56,353 bases of DNA from Nitrospira japonica (GTDB taxonomy: Bacteria > Nitrospirota > Thermodesulfovibrionia > Thermodesulfovibrionales > SM23-35): the NCBI GenBank assembly GCA_020725385.1, contig DYFC01000031.1:1-56353 (forward strand), written 5' to 3'. The notes below the pieces were generated by a model, which did no database searches, was not told where the DNA came from, and saw only the letters and a program-made list of their open reading frames with translations. The translations under genes and the position numbers were made by a program. This document shows, piece after piece, positions 31,629-40,910 of the stretch. The first letter of the stretch is position 1; each line of letters starts with the position of its first letter.

Positions 31629-32267
31629 TCATTTGCCTATTACTTTTAAGATTTCATTCAGGAAATCTGTTTCCGGAGGGGCTCCCGGTATAAAATGATT
31701 TTTATTAATGATTATGAATGGATAACTCTGTACATTGTATTTTACAACAAGATTCGGAAATTCAATCAGATCGATCATATCTGATACAATATTCTCATTC
31801 ATCATCGCAAAACGATGGGCTGTACGTACTGCTATTGCGCAATAAGGACAGGTAGGGGAAGTTAATACTTCAATATGTACGGGCTGGTCAACTTTTGAAA
31901 GATTATTTAAGACATTTTGCGGAAGGAAAGTTTTACGTTTACTGACATCAATAATGTCTTCAATTAAACTTGTAAATTCATACCCTACAGGTAACCCGAA
32001 AAACCGTATCCCATAATCGCGGTCCCCGAGAATTATAGTAGCCGGGATTTTATCAACATTATATTTCTTAACATAATCAGCGTCTTTCACGAAATCATAT
32101 ATTTCAATAGAAATTTTTTCTGATAGTGCTTTTACTTCTTCAAGAAGCTCTCTGTTCATTTTGCAGAATTGACATTCAAATTCCTGAGTAAATGTAATTA
32201 TTTTCACTTCGTGTTCTAATGATTTGAATAAAGTCAGAATCTGGTTTTTATCTTTTTCCTGTATCAT
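31629..32267 (-). CDS. Protein disulfide oxidoreductase (two-thioredoxin-fold PDO / AhpF-NTD-like)
   Basis: Two CxxC motifs (CQFC, CPYC), GLPVGYEFTSL. Confidence 0.88.
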   Translation of the reverse strand: MIQEKDKNQILTLFKSLEHEVKIITFTQEFECQFCKMNRELLEEVKALSEKISIEIYDFVKDADYVKKYNVDKIPATIILGDRDYGIRFFGLPVGYEFTSLIEDIIDVSKRKTFLPQNVLNNLSKVDQPVHIEVLTSPTCPYCAIAVRTAHRFAMMNENIVSDMIDLIEFPNLVVKYNVQSYPFIIINKNHFIPGAPPETDFLNEILKVIGK

Positions 32268-32273
32268 TGTTCT

Positions 32274-33263
32274 TTATGTTTTTGATGTTAATGTAAGAAA
32301 TTCATAAGCGGATAAAGCTGCCTTTGCCCCTTCACCTGCGGATATTATTATCTGTTTATGCGGTATTGAGGTAACATCTCCGGCAGCAAAAAATCCCGGT
32401 ACATTTGTACGGCAAACGCAATCTACAATAATCTCACCTTTTTCGTTGAGATTCACAAGATTTCTGACAGGATCCGAGTTTGGCAAATTGCCTATCTCAA
32501 TAAATACGCCGTCAACCGGTATTATTTTTTCTTCGTTAGTTTTAAGATTTCTTAAGGTAACAGACTCAACTTTGTCTTTTCCGTTTATACCCGTTAATTC
32601 GTGGAGTTCGAGAAACTGAACGTTCTTGTAGTTTTTTAACCTTTGTATGAGTATTTCATCTGCCTGCCATCCTTTTGCAAGATTAACAAGAATGATTTCA
32701 GCGTTGCCCCTTGAAAGATCAAGTGCTGTTGTAAATGCAGAATTGCCTCCTCCTACAACCATGACCTTTTTATTTACAAAAAGAGGTGCATCACATATTG
32801 AACAATACGAAACACCCCTGCCTGTTAATTCTTTCTCTCCGGGTATGGCAAGACGTTTGTGATGCTCGCCTGTGGCAAAAATAACTGATTTTCCAGAAAA
32901 ACTTGTTCCGTCTTTCATAATAACACCAAAGATGTTTTCTTTTTTTATCACTTCATTAACAGCTATACCGGTATTAATAGGTAAATTAAAAGTCTTAACA
33001 TGTTCTTCAAACCTTGCAGTGAGTTCATTTGAATTTATATTTTGAAAACCTAAGTAATTTTCTACTTCTGAAGTCTCTTTTACCTGCCCTCCAAAATCTA
33101 TTGTGATAATGGCAATATTAAGCATTTTCCTGGCTGCGTATATCGCAGCACTCATAGCAGCAGGACCTCCTCCGATAATAAGAACGTCATATATTATATT
33201 CCGATCAGGTGTTTTCAGTTCAGCAAGTAAAGATGTATTAAGGAAAATTTCCGGAAATTCCAT
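32274..33263 (-). CDS. trxB: Thioredoxin-disulfide reductase (TrxB / AhpF C-terminal-like)
   Basis: GGGPAA, GVSYCSICD, GGGNSA, FAAGD. Confidence 0.85.
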   Translation of the reverse strand: MEFPEIFLNTSLLAELKTPDRNIIYDVLIIGGGPAAMSAAIYAARKMLNIAIITIDFGGQVKETSEVENYLGFQNINSNELTARFEEHVKTFNLPINTGIAVNEVIKKENIFGVIMKDGTSFSGKSVIFATGEHHKRLAIPGEKELTGRGVSYCSICDAPLFVNKKVMVVGGGNSAFTTALDLSRGNAEIILVNLAKGWQADEILIQRLKNYKNVQFLELHELTGINGKDKVESVTLRNLKTNEEKIIPVDGVFIEIGNLPNSDPVRNLVNLNEKGEIIVDCVCRTNVPGFFAAGDVTSIPHKQIIISAGEGAKAALSAYEFLTLTSKT

Positions 33264-33364
33264 AAGATAGTTCCTAAATATAAAAATGATTAAACATTAG
33301 TTTATATTTTATCATAGTAATTTTAAAAAACTAAATGTTATTAAAATTTACTTTTAATCCTTAA

Positions 33365-33464
33365 TTTCATAAAGATTTTTAAATGAGGCAATGAATCGCT
33401 TTCGTAAAGATTTTTGATGAGGCAATTCGTGGTATTGACAGATGAGAATGTTTTTTTGTATATT
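33365..33464 (+). promoter_or_regulatory. Two ~27-bp direct repeats directly upstream of a sigma-70 promoter
   Basis: TTTCATAAAGATTTTTAAATGAGGCAAT (33365-33392) and TTTCGTAAAGATTTTTGATGAGGCAAT (33400-33426), then TTGACA-N18-TATATT. Confidence 0.6.
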
Positions 33465-33492
33465 TTCCTTAAAAAAAAGGAGGTGTCCAAAT

Positions 33493-33894
33493 ATGAAGCA
33501 AAAATATTGGGTTTCGTTCATTATTTTTTTAGTAATTTTGTCATTTTTTGTATCCTTAGCATCCGCAGGATGGAACTCTTCTACTAAAGTGTTTACTCCT
33601 GGGGAAGGACAAGTAGTACTCTACGATAACTATTGTAGCGGAGAACCTTTCCTTGTTCTCGGGATTGGTGAAACTCCTGATCTAAGAACAATCGGTGCAC
33701 CGAATGTACAAACAGCTAATTGGAATGACCGCGCAAGTTGCTTATATGTTGGACCTAATACAAAAATTACAGTTTATCAACACATAAATTATGGTGGAAG
33801 CAGCAAAGTATTTTACCCTGGACTTTATTGTCTTAAATCAGATTGGTGGGATAATTCTATAAGTTCTTGCAAGGTTGATTATTATTATCAATAG
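33493..33894 (+). CDS. Secreted beta/gamma-crystallin-like domain protein
   Basis: Signal peptide, WNDRASCL.V, VYQHINYGG, WDNSISS Greek-key motifs. SD AGGAGG before ATG 33493. Confidence 0.72.
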   Translation: MKQKYWVSFIIFLVILSFFVSLASAGWNSSTKVFTPGEGQVVLYDNYCSGEPFLVLGIGETPDLRTIGAPNVQTANWNDRASCLYVGPNTKITVYQHINYGGSSKVFYPGLYCLKSDWWDNSISSCKVDYYYQ

Positions 33895-33971
33895 AAAGTA
33901 TAGAAAAAAATTGTCCCATTTATATACATTTGCTGTTTTAGTTCGGCACAAAATAGACGTTTACCAGAATT

Positions 33972-34005
33972 AAGTCATGACGTTTTTTAGAACGTCGTGA
34001 CTTTC
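33972..34005 (+). terminator. Hairpin, probable terminator
   Basis: AAGTCATGACGTT...AACGTCGTGACTT. Confidence 0.55.
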
Positions 34006-34052
34006 TAAATATTAATTAAATATACAGAAGAAAATTCAATTTTACTATCTCT

Positions 34053-34243
34053 GGATAATATTAATAATTTTGAGAAAATTCATTTAGAGTTTTTATTTTT
34101 TACTGAATTTATTTTATGTAACTTAATGCATCATATACAATTCTCTCGATGCTCTGAGCGTGATTAAAAAGCTCACGTGCCTTTTTTACTCCTTACTTCC
34201 TTGAAGACCCTTTCTGTTGCATTTGTATCCCTATGCTTTTTCT
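34053..34243 (-). mobile_element. Decayed IS256-family remnant (transposase C-terminus plus terminal inverted repeat)
   Basis: Frameshifted pieces RKSI / TNATERVFKEVR / FNHAQSIERIVY, then GAATTTTCTCAAAATTATTAATATTATCC resembling an IS256 end. Confidence 0.65.
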
Positions 34244-34409
34244 ATTTTTTCTTTGCTTTTTCTATTTTTCCTTGCTTCACACTCTGTGTCTGTTAACTCT
34301 GGATATAAAGCTGTGCAATGTTTTCATAATAATTTTATAACAGACAATGATTAATGTTTGATGGATAACGGATAATGCAGTTTTTGGTTTCAGGTGTTAA
34401 AATTATATA

Positions 34410-37400
34410 ATGTACAACATTATAAATAAATCGGGTTCATGCGGTGTTGGTTTTGTATGTAATACAAAAGGACTTAAAAGCCATCAGATAGTAAAATGGG
34501 GGATAGAGGCTGTTAAAAATCTTACCCACAGGGGAGCTGTCGGAGCAGATGGTAAGACAGGAGATGGTGCAGGCATTCTTTTTCAACTTCCACAAAAATT
34601 TTTTCTAAAACAAATTGATAAAGCTAAAGTAGAGATTTCAAATATAGATAATATTGCAGTTGGTGCTTTCTTTCTAAAAAAAGAATGTGAAAGCAAAATT
34701 GAAGATATATTTAAATCTCGTTTGATTGAACCAATAATCTGGAGGCTTGTTCCCACAAATGATAATGCATTAGGAAAATCTGCTTTATCCACAAAACCTG
34801 TAATTAAGCATCTTATTCTTGATATGAAAGATATTGAGCCTGACAAAAGAGAACTCTCTCTTTATATTGCCAGAAAGCACCTTGAAAAAGAATTGGGTGA
34901 ACAAGCATACATCTGTTCTTTATCTTGTAAAACAATTGTTTACAAAGGAATGCTTGTAGCTACACATCTTGAAGAATTCTATCCTGATTTACAGAATGAA
35001 GATATGGAATCTGCTTTTTGTTTGTTTCATCAAAGATTCTCAACCAATACATTTCCTGACTGGGCACTCGCACAGCCATTTAGAATTCTTGCACATAATG
35101 GTGAAATAAATACTATACAAGGTAATAGAAACTGGATAAAAGCCATTGAACCTGATTTATGGCACAATATTTTTGGAGATGATAATGAATTACTCTCACC
35201 TGTAATTTCAGATGAAGAAAGTGATTCTTCATCTCTTGATAGAGTTATCGAGTTGCTTTTACATTCAGGCTATCCAATAGAAAATGCAATAAATCTCTGT
35301 ATTCCTCCTGCGTGGGAATGTTGCGATTTGAATAATTCAGATGAAAGACAAAAAGCTGAAGCATTTTTTACTTTCCAGTCATATTTGATGAAACCATGGG
35401 ATGGACCTGCTGCAATAGTTCTTACCGATGGCGATAAAGTTTGTGCACATCTCGATAGAAATGGATTGAGACCGATTAGATATACATATACTGAAGACAA
35501 TGTATTGGTATTGGGTTCTGAGGCTGGAATGATTAATTTAGGAAACAGAAGAATAACTAAAAGAGAAAGAATGTTTCCCGGGAGTACAATTTTGATTGAT
35601 ACCATAAAAGGTAAGATTCTTGAGACAAATGAGATTATAAACAATCTTTCATCTTCAAAACCTTACAAAGAATGGGTAGAAAATTATTCAATAAAATCGG
35701 ATAATGTCGAAATCAATGAACCTAAAAATACTATTAGTTTAAACAGAAATTTGATAGCTTTTGGATATAGTAAAGAGGAAATAGATTTTAATCTTAAAAA
35801 TATGGCGTTGAAAGCTAAAGAACCAACTTATTCCATGGGAGATGATACCCCTTTGCCTTCATTATCTGAGAAACCACAGCTGTTATTTAGATATTTCAAA
35901 CAAAGGTTTTCCCAGGTTACAAATCCTCCAATAGATTATATTCGTGAAAGAATGGTTATGTCATTGAGAATGAATATAGGCTATAAAAGAAATTTTCTTG
36001 TTGAAACACCTTTACATGCAAAAAGATACAGACTCGATAGCCCTGTTTTATTAGAAAATGATTTTGAAAATATTCTCAAACTTAAAAAAATGAAACCGGT
36101 GAAGGTTTCAATTGTATTTCCGAAGAGAAATCCTGCAATAAAACTTGCTGATGCAGTAGCCGAAATGCAAAAAAAAGTTATATCGGCAGTAAAGAATGGA
36201 GCAGAAATAGTAATACTTTCAGACATAGATATTTCAAATACAATGATGGCAATTCCGAGTCTTCTTGCTGTATCTGCTTCTTTTGAAGCAATGCTGTCCG
36301 AAGGACTTGCTAATCGAGCAAGCTTAATTATTGAAACTGGAGAGGCAAGAGATTCTCACCATATCGCAGCGCTTATCAGTTATAATGCTTCAGCAGTTTA
36401 TCCATATCTTGCTCTTGAAAATATTAAAGATATGTGTAAAAAAGGAGAAATAGGAATTACGTATAAGGAAGCATCGGAAAACTATCGAGATGCACTTGAA
36501 GACGGCTTATTAAGAGTAATTTCAAGATTGGGCATATCAACATTAAGTTCTTATTATGGTTCACATTTATTTGATACTATTTGTCTTAATAAGGATTTTG
36601 TTGATAAATATTTTCCAAATACAAATGTAACCCTTGAATCCGATGGAATTGAAGAAATAGAAAAATCACTTATTTTAAGACACAATGCAGGTTTTGATTC
36701 AGATGACCCTGTGCTTGAAAATGAAGGTACTATAAAATTCAGAAAAGGAGGAGAAAAACACGCTTGGGCTCCTCCATCTATAGTTGTACTTCACAAATCA
36801 ATTAGGAGTAAAGATAGAGATATTTATCGTGAATTTTCAGATTCAACAAATAAAGAAGCTTTGTTTATAAGGCATCTTCTGGATTATAAAAAAGGTAATA
36901 GTATAGATATAGATAAAGTTGAAACAGAAGAAAATATATTGAAAAGATTTTTTTCAGGAGCAATGTCGATAGGTGCGCTATCTCCTGAAGCCCATGAAAC
37001 AATAGCAGAAGCATGTAATACACTTGGAATCAGAAGCAATAGCGGAGAGGGAGGAGAAGATCCTGCAAGATATAATACCATTAAAAACAGCTCAATAAAA
37101 CAAATAGCTTCAGGCAGATTTGGTGTAACACCCGCATATCTTGCTTCAGCCAATGAACTTGAGATAAAAATGGCTCAGGGTGCAAAACCCGGCGAGGGTG
37201 GACATCTTCCACCTGAGAAGGTTACAGAATATATTGCAAGACTCAGATATTGTGTGCCGGGAACTGTATTAATCTCACCACCTCCCCATCACGATATTTA
37301 TTCCATAGAGGACCTTGCGCAACTTATTAATGATCTAAAGGAAGCAAATCCTCTGGCAAGGATATGTGTGAAACTTGTTTCTGAGGCTGGTGTTGGTACG

Positions 37401-38771
37401 GTGGCTGCGGGAGTTGCAAAAGCTTATGCGGATATTATTCAAATAAGCGGATGCGATGGTGGAACAGGAGCTGCTTCTATTTCTTCAATTAAAAATGCTG
37501 GAAATTATTGGGAAATAGGACTTGCTGAAACTCAAAAAGTTTTAATTGGAAATGGCTTAAGAGAAAAAGTAACACTTCGCATTGATGGGGGAATTAAAAC
37601 AGGAAGAGATGTCATTATTGCAGCTCTTCTTGGTGCTGAAGAATATGGGTTTGGAACTGCTACAATGATTTCTGCTGGCTGTATAATGGCAAGACAATGT
37701 CATTCAAATACATGCCCGACTGGCATAGCAACTCAAGAAGAGAGTCTTAGAAAAAGGTTCAAAGCAAAACCAGAGGATGTTATTTATTATTTTAGAGCAG
37801 TAGCTAATGAAGTTCGGGAAATTCTTGCAGAAATGGGCGTTGCAAAATTTGAAGACATTATAGGAAGAACAGATCTTTTAATGTCCAATTCCAGAGTTTA
37901 TTTTAAGGGACAGGAAAAATTATCACGTATAAAAATTAACAGCCTATGTAATGAAAAAATAAATAATGTTTCTAAAAGATGCATGATTACAAGGAATGAT
38001 AATCCTGCTAAATCAATGAATGAAGAAATATTGAATGATTTATTGCCATTTATAGAAAGAGCTGAATCTATTGAAAAGGAGTACATAATAAGAAACATAG
38101 ATAGAAGCATCCCTGTTAGGCTTAATTATTACATATCTAAAAAATATGGTGATAATGGATTGCCTGATGATACCATTAATTTGATTTTTAAAGGGACAGC
38201 GGGACAGAGTTTTGGAGCTTTTAATCATAAGGGAATTTCTTTGACATTGATTGGTGAGGCAAATGATTATGTTGGCAAGGGAATGTATGGTGGAAGAATT
38301 GTAATTAAGCCTATTGAAACTAATGAACCATACAGACATGTAATAGCTGGAAATACTATTCTTTATGGAGCAACCGGAGGGGAGTTCTATGCATCTGGCA
38401 GGGTAGGGGAGAGATTTGCTGTAAGAAATAGCGGAGCAATAGCAGTTATTGAAGGTGCTGGTCAGCATTTATGTGAATATATGACCAGAGGCATTGTAGT
38501 TGTTCTTGGAGAAGTTGGTCATAATGTAGGTGCAGGAATGTCAGGGGGTCTTATTTATATCTATGATTTTCTTGAAAATCTATCATCCAGGATGAATCAT
38601 TCATATGTACAATCTATACCCCTTGCAGGAGGCGAAGAAGCATTGGAACTAAAAAGACTAATTGAAAATCATTACAAATATACAAAAAGTCCATTAGCTT
38701 ATAATATCTTGGATAATTTCAATAATGAATTACAGTTTTTTAAAAAAATAGTTCCTGAGTCATCAGAATGA
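34410..38771 (+). CDS. gltB: Glutamate synthase large subunit
   Basis: N-terminal CGVGF, HRGA, HQRFSTNT, KMAQGAKPGEGG, 3Fe-4S motif CIMARQCHSNTC, GXGXG domain. Confidence 0.97.
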   Translation: MYNIINKSGSCGVGFVCNTKGLKSHQIVKWGIEAVKNLTHRGAVGADGKTGDGAGILFQLPQKFFLKQIDKAKVEISNIDNIAVGAFFLKKECESKIEDIFKSRLIEPIIWRLVPTNDNALGKSALSTKPVIKHLILDMKDIEPDKRELSLYIARKHLEKELGEQAYICSLSCKTIVYKGMLVATHLEEFYPDLQNEDMESAFCLFHQRFSTNTFPDWALAQPFRILAHNGEINTIQGNRNWIKAIEPDLWHNIFGDDNELLSPVISDEESDSSSLDRVIELLLHSGYPIENAINLCIPPAWECCDLNNSDERQKAEAFFTFQSYLMKPWDGPAAIVLTDGDKVCAHLDRNGLRPIRYTYTEDNVLVLGSEAGMINLGNRRITKRERMFPGSTILIDTIKGKILETNEIINNLSSSKPYKEWVENYSIKSDNVEINEPKNTISLNRNLIAFGYSKEEIDFNLKNMALKAKEPTYSMGDDTPLPSLSEKPQLLFRYFKQRFSQVTNPPIDYIRERMVMSLRMNIGYKRNFLVETPLHAKRYRLDSPVLLENDFENILKLKKMKPVKVSIVFPKRNPAIKLADAVAEMQKKVISAVKNGAEIVILSDIDISNTMMAIPSLLAVSASFEAMLSEGLANRASLIIETGEARDSHHIAALISYNASAVYPYLALENIKDMCKKGEIGITYKEASENYRDALEDGLLRVISRLGISTLSSYYGSHLFDTICLNKDFVDKYFPNTNVTLESDGIEEIEKSLILRHNAGFDSDDPVLENEGTIKFRKGGEKHAWAPPSIVVLHKSIRSKDRDIYREFSDSTNKEALFIRHLLDYKKGNSIDIDKVETEENILKRFFSGAMSIGALSPEAHETIAEACNTLGIRSNSGEGGEDPARYNTIKNSSIKQIASGRFGVTPAYLASANELEIKMAQGAKPGEGGHLPPEKVTEYIARLRYCVPGTVLISPPPHHDIYSIEDLAQLINDLKEANPLARICVKLVSEAGVGTVAAGVAKAYADIIQISGCDGGTGAASISSIKNAGNYWEIGLAETQKVLIGNGLREKVTLRIDGGIKTGRDVIIAALLGAEEYGFGTATMISAGCIMARQCHSNTCPTGIATQEESLRKRFKAKPEDVIYYFRAVANEVREILAEMGVAKFEDIIGRTDLLMSNSRVYFKGQEKLSRIKINSLCNEKINNVSKRCMITRNDNPAKSMNEEILNDLLPFIERAESIEKEYIIRNIDRSIPVRLNYYISKKYGDNGLPDDTINLIFKGTAGQSFGAFNHKGISLTLIGEANDYVGKGMYGGRIVIKPIETNEPYRHVIAGNTILYGATGGEFYASGRVGERFAVRNSGAIAVIEGAGQHLCEYMTRGIVVVLGEVGHNVGAGMSGGLIYIYDFLENLSSRMNHSYVQSIPLAGGEEALELKRLIENHYKYTKSPLAYNILDNFNNELQFFKKIVPESSE

Positions 38772-38815
38772 TAAAACTTAGTACATTTAGGTAAGAATAA
38801 AATTCTGGTTAAAAA

Positions 38816-39850
38816 ATGAATATTAAACAAATACCAAGACCTATTTCGGGAGGTTTAATTCTTTCTTATAAGTGTTCTGCTGAATGTAGGCATTGTATTT
38901 ATGCATGTTCTCAACGGTGGCCATCTGATTGGATTTCAGAAGAAAATCTTGAGATGATACTGAAACAACTTTCAGGAAAAATATTGTCAGACACTTACGG
39001 ACCTCGTACGACAGGGCTAAATTCAGGATTGCATTTTACCGGAGGTGAGCCATTCCTTAATTTTGAACTTTTATGCAAGGCTGTTGAGATTGCTGATAAA
39101 TTAAATATCCCTTCAATGTTTGTTGAGACAAATTGTTTCTGGGCGGTTGATGATAAATTTACCAAAGAAAAGTTAAAAATACTGAAGAAAAAAGGTTTAA
39201 GAGGTATTATGATTTCGGTGAACCCTTTTTATCTCGAGTATGTTCCTTTTGAACGCACTGACAGAGCAATAAGGATAAGTCTTGATGTATTTGGAAAAAA
39301 TGTAATGGTTTATCAATTAGAGTATTACAAAAAATTTAAAAATTGGGGACTTCATGATAAAATTCCTTTCGAAGAATATTTAAAACTCGAAAATAAAGAA
39401 GATTTTTTAAGAAATGTTGAATTTTTTGCAACTGGTAGAGCCCCGTATAGATTAAAAGATGTTTTGAAAGATATATTCCCGTTGCTTTCAGCAGAATATT
39501 TTTTCAAAGAAAAATGTATAACTCCATTTCTACGTTCATGGCATAATCATTTCGATAACTACGGGAATTTTATTCCGGGTTTTTGTGCTGGAATTTCACT
39601 CGGTGATTGCAGAGAACTTGATAGACTATTAAAAGAAGGTATAGATCTTGACCAATTCCCTGTTTTAAGGTTTCTTATAGAAGAAAATATGTACGGTCTA
39701 TATAAATTTGCAAAGGAAAAAGGTTTTAAGGACTTAGAAACCGGCTATTTATCGAAATGCCATTTATGTATGGAATTAAGAAGATTCCTTTTCTTAAATT
39801 ATGAATTTCAAGAGCTAAAACCGAAGGAATTTTATAATCACCTGGATTAA
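38816..39850 (+). CDS. Radical SAM protein of unknown function
   Basis: CSAECRHC, FTGGEP, ETN, C-terminal KCHLC. Confidence 0.85.
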   Translation: MNIKQIPRPISGGLILSYKCSAECRHCIYACSQRWPSDWISEENLEMILKQLSGKILSDTYGPRTTGLNSGLHFTGGEPFLNFELLCKAVEIADKLNIPSMFVETNCFWAVDDKFTKEKLKILKKKGLRGIMISVNPFYLEYVPFERTDRAIRISLDVFGKNVMVYQLEYYKKFKNWGLHDKIPFEEYLKLENKEDFLRNVEFFATGRAPYRLKDVLKDIFPLLSAEYFFKEKCITPFLRSWHNHFDNYGNFIPGFCAGISLGDCRELDRLLKEGIDLDQFPVLRFLIEENMYGLYKFAKEKGFKDLETGYLSKCHLCMELRRFLFLNYEFQELKPKEFYNHLD

Positions 39851-39896
39851 TGATAACGGATTTTGCAACGCCTGCATTATTTTAAATTTTTAAATA

Positions 39897-40910
39897 CTAT
39901 CTTGGTTTTATGTAAATAATATCTTTTATTTCTGCTGGGGGTCCTTCCTTTGCAGGCCCAATGGCAGTTACTCTGTAATTTCTTTTTGTAGATGCCTTCT
40001 CATTGTCTGTAAAAGTAGGCACTCTGGTTTCACCTATAAGGATAAAGCCTTTTTTCTTGTCTGTTTCGCGATAAATTTTGTAACCTGTAACGAACATTTC
40101 CGAAGCTCCCTCCCACACAAGAATAACAGAATCAGATAAGGTTGCTGCCTGGAGATTCAATGGTTTGGAAGGTATAAGTTCTTTTGGATCTATACATATT
40201 TCCTGTGAATGGTTGCTTTCATAAATTACTTCATTACCCGATAAAGTTCTTACAGTGTAACATGATATTTTATTAATATCTAAATTATCTATAAATGAAT
40301 TTCCTTTTACCGGATTTTTATTAAATTTCCCGGATTTATAAATACCTCTAATATTAGACTTATAAATGTTATAGGTACTATTTGGTACTGTTTCCAGCCA
40401 TGATAAAACCTGTTTGTCATTTTCGATTCTGTAAGATAATTGGATAGGTGGTTCTGGTAATTTAACAAAGGAAACCTGTATGACATTTGATTCATTACTC
40501 AATATGTCTCTCAAGCTCTGTGAGATTATCTTATATTTATAAGAAATGTTCTCCTTTATAGAAGAGTCAATATAAGTTCTGGCTTTTTTATCAACAAAGG
40601 CTATTTTTTCAAAATCTGCCCATTCTTCCTTGCCATTAGATAAAATAAGTGAAGATCTTAAGATACTGAAGCCCTTTATTGTTGATTCTTTTTTTGTAGG
40701 GAAAGACCAATTAAGCATTATTTCATCAGCTCTTTTAAGTGCATTTATATTTGTAGGAGTTTCAGGTTTCTCGTAAGATTTAAGTGTCGGGTCACCTTTT
40801 TTTCCGCAACTGCTGAATATTATAACTATCGAAAAAATAAGAAATAGATTAGCCATGTAAAATAGTGAGCGATTAAAAAAATTGTGGGTTGGTATCTTAA
40901 TTTTTTTCAT
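39897..40910 (-). CDS. Lipoprotein with fibronectin type III repeats
   Basis: Lipobox FSSC-GKKGDP and repeated W...Y.IYR...Y.V FN3 patterns. Confidence 0.8.
   Translation of the reverse strand: MKKIKIPTHNFFNRSLFYMANLFLIFSIVIIFSSCGKKGDPTLKSYEKPETPTNINALKRADEIMLNWSFPTKKESTIKGFSILRSSLILSNGKEEWADFEKIAFVDKKARTYIDSSIKENISYKYKIISQSLRDILSNESNVIQVSFVKLPEPPIQLSYRIENDKQVLSWLETVPNSTYNIYKSNIRGIYKSGKFNKNPVKGNSFIDNLDINKISCYTVRTLSGNEVIYESNHSQEICIDPKELIPSKPLNLQAATLSDSVILVWEGASEMFVTGYKIYRETDKKKGFILIGETRVPTFTDNEKASTKRNYRVTAIGPAKEGPPAEIKDIIYIKPR

Noticed and set aside
33365-33426. Possible mini CRISPR array
   Set aside because: Only two repeats with a 7-bp gap and no cas genes.
34280-34327. Minus-strand ATG ORF with in-frame TGA near 34280 as a selenoprotein
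   Set aside because: Further stops follow, there is no SD or redox motif, and the region is better explained as IS debris plus a tandem duplication.
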